Positions 43,201 through 54,772 of a DNA stretch of 64,000 bases are shown one piece after another. Origin of the DNA: Balanoglossus misakiensis (taxonomy: Eukaryota > Animalia > Hemichordata); contig CM082585.2 in NCBI GenBank assembly GCA_040954595.2, positions 8,939,649-9,003,648 of the forward strand, in the 5' to 3' direction. The translations under genes and the position numbers were made by a program. The notes below the pieces were generated by a model. That model had not been told where the DNA came from and searched no databases. It was given only the letters and a program-made list of their open reading frames with translations. Position 1 is the first letter of the stretch; every line of letters starts with the position of its first letter.

Positions 43201-44046
43201 TTGGTTTTCGAGGCTTTCCACTTTTCTACGTCATAGGAGCAGTCTCAGGGTGCAAAACCCTCTGGCGACTGTTGGTCAGATATGTCTCCAGACGCACACA
43301 ATGATATTGTACGAACTATAACACCTAATTTTAGAGACACTTTTACTATAACCATTTACACCGCATTCTTACTGAGTCAGTTGGATAGTCATGTGCAGCA
43401 GCCGACATGAACTTGTCATAGTCTTCTATGGTTACGTCACAGGGTTCACGGTATGCAAATGTGTTGTATATCAGTTCCCACAATTCAGTGCAGTTTTTCT
43501 CCCTGGTTATAAAGAAAATATGACCAATTATTATTACACATCTGGCATGTAGGGAGACATTGTATAATTATACTTTGCATCAACTGCTTCGAAGTAACGC
43601 ACGTCCTTATAATAACCCCTTAGCATAAGCCTAGGCCCACGGAGATACAGGCCACCTGGCTACTGTGTTACGGACCCCCTGCAATTGACATGTGCATTAA
43701 TCGTCCTTTCCATAAAGGCAGCTTGTCTATATAAAAGGCAAGTTTAGGAAAGTCCCTTGGCTGGCCACTATAGATAGGTTTTGACTGTACTCGTAATATC
43801 ACCATGTCGCACAGTTTTTCACGAGACTTACTTCAGCACTTCATGGTTGACCTCTGAGTTAATGTAGCCCTTTTTGTAGTCTTCGCATCGTCCGATGACA
43901 ACGTGTCTCAATTCAGCTGGGGTGCCTTCAGCTGGGTATCGGGCACGACACAGGGTCGCGCAGCAGAACAGGAAAACACAGATTCCCTGTAATTTCCACA
44001 ACCCTGTGGAATCCGGGATCCGATATTTCCTCGGAGCCATGTGCAT
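40284..44046 (-). CDS. ADP-ribosyl cyclase / NAD+ glycohydrolase, CD38/BST1 family, paralog B; 6 coding exons, about 337 aa
   Basis: Exons 43832-44046 (alternative ATG at 44040), 43373-43502, 41439-41672, 40999-41174, 40714-40800, 40284-40455; 1014 nt, GT-AG, open frame. Motifs GTPAELRHVVIGRC, NCTELWE, EPCDVT, LFWSG, TTLDRTL, FCGS, AFWASAS, SYFAAYE (catalytic Glu); 10 mature-domain Cys; signal-peptide-like N-terminus and hydrophobic C-terminus. AATAAA at 40209-40214. Confidence 0.92.
41885..42167. repeat. Two-copy tandem duplication (period 149 bp) in ADP-ribosyl cyclase B intron 2
   Basis: GATGGATTCATACAAATCCTTGGAATGTGA...GAACAGGT starts at 41885 and again at 42034, with small indels. Confidence 0.9.
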
Positions 44047-44711
44047 TTTTAAAACTCGTCTGGTTAGAGTTCGTTCGCCTGACACTGCTTTGTTACGTCA
44101 TCTCTTTTTACGTCCATGGTTACGTAAAGGACGCCTAGCATAGAGCAAGGTCACTCTTGTCAAATGCTTTAAGTACACGCCGCCATATTAGCATAAAGTA
44201 TTGTATATAGAAATAATGGACGACGCCCTGACCATGAACGTTTGTTTATGGGCGAGGGCGAGGGAAAGGCTAAAAATTCATGGGCGAGGCTTAATCCCAC
44301 TTCATCATGGTAAAACTGAAATAAACGAGACATAGCGTAAAATTAACAAATAAATGGTATAAAATAAGAGATTTAAAGTAAAATACTCAATCTTGAGTAA
44401 CGAGAAAGATGAATAGGAGACAAGGAAACACTGTATCGTGTCATTTATCATATTTGTATTTGTTGTTGACATTTCATTGAAATGAAGCAATTCATTATCA
44501 AAAATATACATCTCAGCTGGAAATATTAATATAGTCAAAATTGAAAAGTTTCAGAATAGCTGCGGTTCGTAGTGAAATGAGCTGCTTTTTTCATCCATTT
44601 TTATTTGTCTGTATAAATATCCATATCTTATTGTTGTGCAAATACTTTATCCAGGATAAACAAGAAAAACTGCAGAGTTCATTTGCATAAGGATAGCGCC
44701 CTCTAGGGACA

Positions 44712-46876
44712 TCATACTTTTTCCCGGGTCCCAATGACCGCCAACAAAATTAAATGCACGAGGACCAGTCTGGTTGCTGAAACGGTGGGTGTGATTGGCT
44801 GACCTCTGCTTGAGTATAATCCGACGCAGTCGTCGTGACTGACGTCATCGATGCACTGCATATGAAGGATATCACTGCAAAAGAGAAAGACCATAAAGGA
44901 TTAACAAGCAAATATGTTCTCTCCGCCATCGGTGATACATTTGTTCGTACTGTTTTTAGCAAAATAATCGTAAAACATGATTATTGCACTTTCACGTCTG
45001 TGCGTGTGGTTTTATGGTCAAATTTTATAATATGACGATTGCTTGAAATTGTTTACCTTGGGTTTTCCGAGCAGCCATAAGGTATTTCTTTCTCGTCGAG
45101 AATTCTCTTCAGATCTTGGATTGAATCCGAATTACAGGTGTCCCTGGAATGAAATTTCAAACATAAAACATGGTAGCTCTGCTGGTGTATTTACCAAGTC
45201 ATTGGTTCTTTTTATATCAAGGATGTTACCTACAAATCTTGAGAAATGCTCCTCGTTTAAACCAGTCGTTACCGGTTTCGATAAGTTAGTTCAAACTGCG
45301 TATGCTCACCCCGGTTCTTCCCCCAAGAATGTGACAAGGGTGATGTCGAAGAAACTGACGTCTTCCTTCGTGATGGTTTTTAATTCAAACTGAGTGAAGT
45401 AGCTGGGGAAAGTGAAACAAACGTATATGCACTTATTAAAACGTGATAGATGTACACCAAAATCAATGGTTGGCAAAACTAGGGTTTTTGGAAAAGGGTT
45501 AAACAGTACAACACTGGAATTTGTCAACTGCCTGGCTCACCTGTCGTTTATATGGAACGCTCCACCAGGCCGATTACTGTTTGCAAAGAATCTACCATCT
45601 CCTCTTGCGTATTCTGCAAACTGTGTAAGGAGTTGCTTCAATGAAGGCGTCACGTGACGTCGCGAGAAAAATGTTTCCTGTCAATGCAAGGCTTGAGAAA
45701 CCTTCATAAATGGTATATAAGACGTTCAGTAATGCCCCTGCAGGGCCCAGGACAGCTGTCAAAACCTGGTCAAACTATGGCCCCGACCTCGGACTTGCTG
45801 TTTAATGCAAAACGATAAACTTACATAAGTCGATGCGCTCGCCCAGAAAGCATCCAGACTCCCAACGCCGAACCCACATTCCCCTTCATCCGGGCACACG
45901 GTCATATTCATACCTGTCGGATCAGTTGTGGAACCACAGAAGTACATGTAATTCGCCATATAGCCAGGTAGGGTTGTGTCCAGCACAGTTTTGCGGCTGC
46001 CACGATAAGCGAACTCCGTGACGACATCATAAATGTCCCACCCATCCCAAAACAATGCCTAGAAGAAGGAGAAAAATGTTAATACATGTAATGTAACATT
46101 GCATAGGTCAATACTACGCATGGAAAATATTAAATAACAAAATTTAATATTTACGCATAAAATCAGCACTCACCGTATCCATGGGATAATCGTGACCAGC
46201 CATTGACATAAATTCGTCGTATTCCTCCATGGTGACGTCACAGGGTTCGCGGAATGCAAACGTCCGGTAGAAAAGTTCCCATAATTCAGTGCAGTTCCTA
46301 TCACTGAGCAAAAGAAACGTGAACTAAAATGTCCATTCTTAAGGAATTGTTAGAATAAGTCATAGAATTGGTGAATAATTTGTTTCAAAAACTGTATGTT
46401 GCCAGGGTAAGAATGAAACAAACGCGGACATTATTTATAGACACCTCTTGCCCGGGATCGCGATATATTTAGGTACTTATCACGGTCCCTGGGACTGGAT
46501 GTGAGGAACGTAATATAGTGTATTAGTGCCTTTATAAATATTACTATTTCAATCTTTGGTGACTGACTGGGTCGATCAAATTCCCAGGCATTTAGGGTTT
46601 TAGTTTTATCTGGTTTATACATGTATATGTTCGCGATGTCATTGCCTGTTTCACACTTACTACTCTACCACTACCGGTACCGGGTGACATACAGACTTAC
46701 ATGAGCATATCTTCCTCGACCCTAGGGTTCACAAAACCCATTTTGAAGTCTTCACAACGTCCGATGACGATCTCCTTGATAGCCGCCGGGGTGCCCTTGC
46801 CCGTGAACTCGCCATGGCACTTGTGTACTAAAAGACTGGCGAACAGGATCAGGAACTCGGAGAGGGAACCCATCAT
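44712..46876 (-). CDS. ADP-ribosyl cyclase / NAD+ glycohydrolase, CD38/BST1 family, paralog A; 7 coding exons, 320 aa
   Basis: Exons 46701-46876, 46174-46303, 45825-46058, 45541-45620, 45310-45402, 45057-45143, 44712-44874; 963 nt, GT-AG, open frame. Signal peptide MMGSLSEFLILFASLLVHKCHG; motifs GTPAAIKEIVIGRC, NCTELWE, EPCDVT, LFWDG, TVLDTTLPGY, FCGS, AFWASAS, SYFTQFE (catalytic Glu); 10 mature Cys; C-terminal hydrophobic segment. AATAAA at 44600-44605. Confidence 0.93.
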
Positions 46877-47619
46877 GATCCAAAACGCGCTAAATAGCCT
46901 CGCCCGATCTATAAAGTAAAAATAGTAAACTCAGGTCAGCGTGTACAGACTCTGTATACATCTACGGTGTTCACTTTGTCGTGACCCTTTGCTTTGAGCT
47001 TTAGGTATGTGCGAACTCATTCTGTTTGTGGTCGCGCTATCTAAGCGACATTCAGGTGTTTTATAACGGCTAGTTGTATTTTAACTTCTGTACGCCATAT
47101 AAACATAGGAATAATTTTGTTCTACATAGACGCGCATGCGTGTGTGGGTAATCGGTATTGTGGAATGGGCTGGACTGGTGGACTGGACTCTTGACTTTGA
47201 ACCCCAACTTTTAATTACTAAAATCCATTTATACCCATAACCAAATCAACACATCATTAAGAATCTCCCTGGGCGTTGTCCTTTTCACTTTTACTTGAGA
47301 TGTGTCGACCTCAAAACGAGACAAGACAGCGCGTCTTTAAAAAAACACACCGAAAGTTTCTGTATATTGGTCGCTACGAGGCGCCCTTTCTTGATCGTGC
47401 GTGTAAAGGCAACAGTTTCCGTCTCAGGTGATTATTATACGACAAATGAAATACTAGTACAGCCTAGAGAGCGCCTCCAAGTGTCAGAAACGACCAATTG
47501 TTAATCTGTCACGCCCTGTAAATGGACACAACATGGTAAACTTCCATCCATTAATTTTTTACTAACAACAGAAGTCGTGTCGGAGCAGTATTGTCATATA
47601 GGCCCTACTTCATGAACGA

Positions 47620-47780
47620 TGTGCCTGTCTGCCTGCCTGTCTCGCTGCCTGTTTGCCTGCCTGACTGCTTTGTCCCTGTCTGTCCCTGCAGCCCGCTTGC
47701 TTGGCCGCCTCTAACTTTCCTCTCACTATTTCTCTATTTTCCTCTCCTCCCTCCCTTCTCTATCTCTCTTTGTCTGTCAG
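47620..47780. repeat. Degenerate (CTGC/CTGT)n and CT-rich low-complexity tract
   Basis: gtgcctgtctgcctgcctgtctcgctgcctgtttgcctgcctgactg followed by a pyrimidine-rich run. Confidence 0.65.
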
Positions 47781-50062
47781 GCGTCGACGTCAGCACGTGA
47801 TGATGCATCCTGGTCTTTGATGAATTGGGTCTAACTAGTGTTTCACTGTGTCTTCCCGTAGTCATTTTTTCACCTCAGTGGTCTCAACTCGCATCTATGA
47901 CGAATTGCCCTTTATTTCCATACTCATAACATATGACAAAAAACACACGGAGAAATATATTCCTTGAGATGAAAGGTCACACAGCGTGAACGGATATAAA
48001 CGAGGAAGTATATATGAATCTGGTTTCAGCGGGTACGAAGGATGATATTAGGCCCAATTGATCATATCAAGGAAATGAACAGCACAAACACTTGTCTGCC
48101 GAAGGGTCAGCGTTTCCTGGTTGCAACAGAAACGTGACGGGAATCTTTGATCAAGGAGTTTTATTTTTCAGTCGCTACCATGTTTTCACATGATGAGGAA
48201 ATCGACTTCCTATTCGCACGATGTGTTTTTTTGCAGTCCGAGGGGGTCGGGGCGGCGTGCGTCCCTTAGGGAATCTCTACCGAAAATGATCGCGTCTGTG
48301 CATTTCACATGTCCGATCTCAAATGTATACATCTATCTGAGGTATCACCCGACTCACGGTTTCAAATAGACCTAGGGGTCGCGTTTGTATTACAAGTCAC
48401 ACAGATACGTTTTCTTGATTTTAAACGTTTCTGGCGTTTCCGGTCGCCTATATGTTGAAGTGGGGGACAGAAAAAAGAAATTTTATCACCGCAGATCATG
48501 ATGAGAACGAAACTGCTTAGCAAAACTTCATTTACTTTAAGGTGACACTGTGTATAGGGTTTATGCGCAGTCGTGTCAGGCCCATGTTCTTGCACACTGC
48601 TGAGCAGACAACTGCATGGAAGCTGTATCGTCTTCAGTATCATTCAAGACTCTTGGCCTCGTATACATTATTTCTGTGAGCAGATTGATTTGAAATCCGT
48701 GGATCCAATAGACACCCAGCGAACCGTCCTGTCATTTACTTGGTGTGAGGCCAACCCAAGCAATTGCATTGATTACAGCCTAATGCGAATTCTCGCTAGA
48801 GTCCGCATATTTTCGCTGTCGCTGCTAATAAGCAACAGGACGGCTACTACCATGGCGGTATGCAATATAGGCCCATAACTCCCAACAATCGACGCTTTCC
48901 CGGCTTATGACGTCAGTGATAAACATTTTATAATAATTTTTGCAAAACGCCGGGCATATCCAGAATCCATACCTGTCATTTTTTTGATAGCGTGGAATTT
49001 CGGAAGGGTCATAGGTCGCAATAACTTCCTAGCGGACACGCAGGCAATGATCTAACATATTTCCGTACACAGCGTGACATTATAAGAAACACAGTTGACT
49101 GTCGTCGGGTATATGAGGTGGACCACCAAAATTGTTTCATTTTTTAGTGTCGGCAGAATAGTCGCCGGTGGTAATCAAGCACAGAATACTGTTAGACCCT
49201 GAACTCGCTCACCACACACCGTTCCCATGGTTCCGGCCTGACACCAAATGACATGTGTTGATTTTCGCACATAGTTACGCAATCGCGTTACTTGCCGCTA
49301 GAGGGCAGTTGTCTGGTCCGACACCGACCATGCACTTTTCTTCCAGTGCTGTTAGCACGAACAAAAGGAAAGGTCGGGTTTCACCTATGAAAGTACCATA
49401 ATAGCAGACACATAGCCCAAAGCGCTGAAATCCAAGTTGCTTTTCTAAGCGCTGGAGTAAGCTATATTAAAACATATAATGAATGCAGGCTTCAGACTAT
49501 GAATTTCAAGTACTTCAGCACTCCCGTCGTCCATTGCGTCACCGCGGCGCAGACTTGCCGTTCCTCCCGAAAATAATCGCAACACTGAGAGCGGCGAAAT
49601 GATGTCAACTCTTGAAGAGGAGATTGAGGACATTCACGGAGGCCCTTTCAATCCAGTCCGCACATAGTTGATTTCTGGCGTGTACGTGGACATTCACTTC
49701 GCATTAGCTTAATAAGCCGTAAACTTCGAGTTGACCCGGCGGCGGAACCCGAACGGAAAGAAGCCGTTATCGGGACCCCACGAGAACCAGATAGTGTTAC
49801 TGAAAAATTTAACGTATTCGGATATTACGAATTGAACACTCCAAGCGTGTATTTTCTTGCACCTCGATTGTTCCGATGTAAACGATTTCCTGAGTAATTA
49901 TACAGGAATAGATTGCGAGGGAGAGAAAACATTGCCTCTAATTATTATTTTGTTTTATAGTTTTTTTTTCTTGGGACAAGGTATCATATTTGATCAAAAT
50001 GGCGAATTTTGGATTTCAAGTATAGCATCTTTAAAATGCATTTAAAAGTCGCGATAGTACCA

Positions 50063-50150
50063 AAGAAGGAGAGGATGGAATAGAGAATGAGAGAGGGGAG
50101 GGTAGGGAAGAGGGAGAGAAGGAGAGATAAGAAGAGGGAGAGGAGAAAAG
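50063..50150. repeat. GA-rich low-complexity polypurine tract
   Basis: aaagaaggagaggatggaatagagaatgagagaggggagggtagggaagagggagagaaggagagataagaagagggagaggagaaaag. Confidence 0.7.
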
Positions 50151-53100
50151 CCCAGTTCAGTTTGTTTTTGTTAATAGTGTAAGCCCGCCTATCGCTGTTT
50201 GCGATATCCCCGCGACTAACGGTTCAACGAAACCGGAGAGTCAGTAGTGGTTTACAAACAGCGGTGAGCCGGTCTCACTTCCAACAATTCAGCCAACTGC
50301 ATTGACAGACAGAGGCTGGGATTTTTGGGTACGTGAGAACCGACGGGCAGTGACGTGGGAAAACACTGGCTGTCACTCGGTGTCCAACTTTCTCCGAAGG
50401 TCAGCGCAGTATCGAATTGATGACACGGACAATGGCGACGCAATAATCCCCCGTCGCAGGTGTCGAGGCCGCTGAATGCGAACTGAGTTTTTAACAGTTT
50501 TTGTTCGCCGCTTTTGTGGAAATACCAGAAAAGATGACAGATAGTGGTGTCTTTTGTACTCTTCAAGGTCGCGGGACCGTCAGATTTTGAAACGCAGGGG
50601 TCTAAACAGACCCGTGGGTCTTAAAAAGTGTTGGTAATTGTCCCTAATCATAAGAACTCATAATTCTATTAACTTTGATGCACGCTACAGGTGTGTATAT
50701 CGAAACGCGGGGTTCACTTCACATATGTTTCTGCTGATCGGGCCTTGGGGGAAACTAAAATGGCTGATATTCGAGAAAGATTGCCCAATGTTTTCGGACA
50801 TCCTCCGAATGTCGCACAACGGAAACTCCCCCCACCTGTCTGGGCTGAGAGTTCATCCCTGTTGTGACGTCACGCACAGGGCACAAAGGCCCCCTTAGAA
50901 GTGGTCGTCGCCCCGTCGCAAAAACGGACTATGACTTTTTGTCCGGCTGTGAGTCACAGTGACGACAGTTTTGTTCCCAACCGGAACAGAAGCGAAGCGT
51001 TCTGACAACGCTGTCACAGATCAACTCCCCCTCCTTGCCTGTGTCGATTGTAGGTGAACTTGAAGTAGGGGAAGTAGATTGGCATTACCATAGAAACGTT
51101 GGTAAACAACGCGCATTGTTCTATTCTGTGCGGGCAAGAGTGCGTGATGATTAACACATCACTCCTTTGCTCTTTGTGAAGTTATTTAGTGGGTTGGGAA
51201 GATTTGTTTCTCGGTTAGAGTTAGTTTTGAGACACAAAGTGTCAGAGATTATACATGTACATGTATAATGTTTTTCAGGCTGCATGGAATTGTACAAAGA
51301 AGCATTAGATGTAAATTTAGCAAGACTTATATCACGAGATATCCCAAATACTGTACGTAATTTTATTGAAATAATGCGGCGAGCTCATTGAACATATTAA
51401 AACAAACTACATAAAGTTAATCATGGCAGTAAAGTTCATTGGTTTGGATAGGTGCAATGCATTAAAGGCGTGGTCGTTTTGTTTTGAATGATTTTAATCG
51501 AATCGGACGGAAGTGCCCAAGGTTCAATAAAATGATAGGTCACGTGGGCTGGCATATCAGGCTTGTTTCCAAACTTCTTCTTCACAAATCTCAAGTTGTA
51601 CTACCAGATTACATCAATCTTGCGTTAAAAGATTTCTGTATGTACGATAGGCCCCACGTAAAAATATCAATGACAACTTTAATTGCTTTGTCAATATACA
51701 CTCTGCGAAGGTCAGAGTACCGATTGTAAAGTTCGATTTGGCCGATAAATGGCCATTTAATATTTGCAATATAATGATGAGAATATAGCAATATCTCATT
51801 ATAGATCGACAATATAATTAATGGCCGTTCCTGAGTGATGTACTTGTAAAATGTATAGACTATTTAAGTCAAAATTTGTTTGTCGCACAGGGAAAATAAT
51901 GCAAATGTAAACTGTGTCGTCGTAACGAGATCTTTGAAACAGAAGATCGACGTTGGCAACCAGGGAGTTTTTTTTTTCTGGTTTGGGGGGACATATCGGA
52001 TATCTGACAGAGATCACTCCCGGTTAGGACGAAACTTTATCATAACTAATAATTGTGAGGGGGTTAATTTCGCGGACTCGGTGACAGAAAAGTGAAACTC
52101 GATCGAAACAAGCGGAGCAAGTTTCAGAGTCGGATTGCCCTTCGGATTTTGACTTTCGGATTCTGTTGCCGGTTCGCTTACGGCACAAGACTGGGTGCAG
52201 ATATGAGGCTTTGATTCTGTAACAGAATCCCAGCGTGTCTTGGCGCGACTACGACTTCTTCGCGACTGATCGAATGTCTTTTTTGGCCTGCAGTCAATTC
52301 TTACAAATGTTTACATTAATATTTGGCAGAAGCGGTTCCAACAAAACGTCAATAAAATCAGACGACTGTTATTAGCCTATGTAGGTCGCTTTGCCCGATC
52401 CTTTACTGCATTACGCCATTGGTTGACAAATGTAGGTAGGAGGTGACAGACGGTACGGTACGCTCGCATTAATCTGAAAAAGAAGTATATAATTTTCATT
52501 TTAACATCTAAAAGTACACTGGCAGACTTTTGACCAAAGTCTTCATTTTTGTCACAAATGTTGTGTCCGTAGATAGATCATCGTCTGCACAGATTTCCTG
52601 TGATTTCGACACGTCTTGTAACAATACTTCTTGTCCAGAAAGTGTAATGTCGGGAGGAAACTTCAACGAAGGATCGCGTTTGGTTTGAACCCGTAACTGT
52701 AGTTGAACACTGAGTTATATCATGAAACATCGGCTGCTTTTTCGTCTTCGAATATAAATTGATATCGGAAATTTCGCCTGCAAAGTAAAGAAGAAAATAC
52801 GGTAGATGAGAAACTATGTTTTCTCCTATATTTCCCCCACGTTGAAAAGAATACATGTATAATTTTGTTGTACCTCCAGATTAGGTTTTCAACTTCATTA
52901 TCGTTGTCTGTAATCGACATTACAAACAGTAACTCATAACTGTTCACTGGTGGACCTAATTTCGCGGTGTATTCCTCCGATGCAAAGCCACAGATTAAAC
53001 AGAAATACAGTCAAACCGATCTTATGCGCACCCAATCATCAACAAACCAGATTTTATCGCCCGTCAAAAGTTTGGCATCAATTGAATTTTTGGATACTGC

Positions 53101-54630
53101 TCACCCCGTTACCATGGCAAAGTTAGAGAGCCAGTGCGTATCAGGATTGTTCGCGTTATTTAAAACCTTCCGACCGAGAGCGCGTCCGCGAGATAAGATC
53201 GGCGATGGACGATGGGCGGCGTTCTTTCGCCACGGCGAGTTCATCCGCTCGCCGCTTGCACTGGCATGTGAAGCGAAGCCACAAAGCATCATCGGTGAAC
53301 ACCCCTTTTTTCAGTTCCAGCCAAGCTGAAAGAGAAATCGGTTTCGTTTAATGCTATTAAAAGTCGGCCATTCGACTGGACTAATGCAGTCAGCCTGTGT
53401 TTTATTGTTGAGGCCGGCGGCGATTTCCCGCAAAAACATGTAACTCCACACTGCTGTTATCGAGACAAGTCTCAAAACGTAGGGCGGCGTCAGCGCTCAC
53501 AAGAAAGTGGGTGACACGGCCACTGTTTGCAACTAACCCCGGGGAATGGAAGTAGCCCCGTCCTGCGTCGATCGTTCCCGCCTCAGTCACCCAAGACAAG
53601 CAAAGCCCTCGCTCTCTCGTTCCCCGAACACTGAATCCAACAATGTCACTGAAGGCTTGGGAAAAAAACATCGCGAGTCGCAGTGACCACATGCGGACCC
53701 TCGCAGCTCATGTTTTTGTGTTCCGCGTAGCGTCGTGTTCGCCTGAGTGCCTTCACGTTATGTTCGTTGACAACAGAGGGCTCCATAAACGAGAGGACGG
53801 AAAAAAAAACTTTCCAGTCGGTGGATTGGCTAATTGATTGACTGATCGGATTTTAATTAAGTTAGCTTATTCCGCCGCGTCGACCGGAACGCCAACTCTC
53901 CGCCGCGCGCGTCCCCCTCGTTTCCAAAATTGACAGCTGAGCAGAAACTCCCCGGAGTGGCTCGGTCCAGCGGCGATATCCCACTCCGCTTGTCGGTATA
54001 ACTTAATCAACCGTAACAAACTCACCGTGTCATCGATTCGTTTCGTCACGGCACTTCAGCGCTACACCTGTTATATCTATTAACGTATGTGTTTACACAG
54101 GCGCTGTCATCGGCTAACACGTATCGCCCGCACCCACCCGGAAATTATACACAGCACAGAGTGTGGCCGCGAAAGCCACAGTATTAATTTATTTCACCTG
54201 AAACACCGCACAAAATCAACATTTCATTTATTCGTATATTTATCTTCCATTATGGATAGTTTTTACCTGATTAAATAGTCCTTGGTATGACCCTGTCACA
54301 CATCTGAAAGGTCAAGGGTCGCCGTACTTCAGAAACAGAACAAGAAAGCTTCCTACACCGCGAGGATTTGTCAAATGTTTCTTAACTTGTTTCTTAAAAA
54401 TCATATGTCTTCTTTACCATTTTAATAAGCTGTCGAACAAGCAAGTGTGCTAATTTTGGGATCAGTAATTGTTGTTAACTTTGATGCAAGGTTCGTGTGT
54501 TGGTAGTGTTGTGTTTCATTTCATTCACACGTCTTGATAAAAATAAAACGTCATCGGGTTGTCAATGTCGCCCGCCCTTTCCGAAAAGGAAGAAAACAGT
54601 TGTTGACTCAAACAACTGAAGTCTGTGTTG

Positions 54631-54708
<78 letters not shown>

Positions 54709-54772
54709 TCATTCATTCATTCATTCATTCATTCATTCATTCATTCATTCATTCATTCATTCATTCATTCAT
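54631..54772. repeat. Compound microsatellite (CAT)26 followed by (TCAT)16
   Basis: Perfect CAT run 54631-54708, then TCAT run 54709-54772. Confidence 0.97.
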
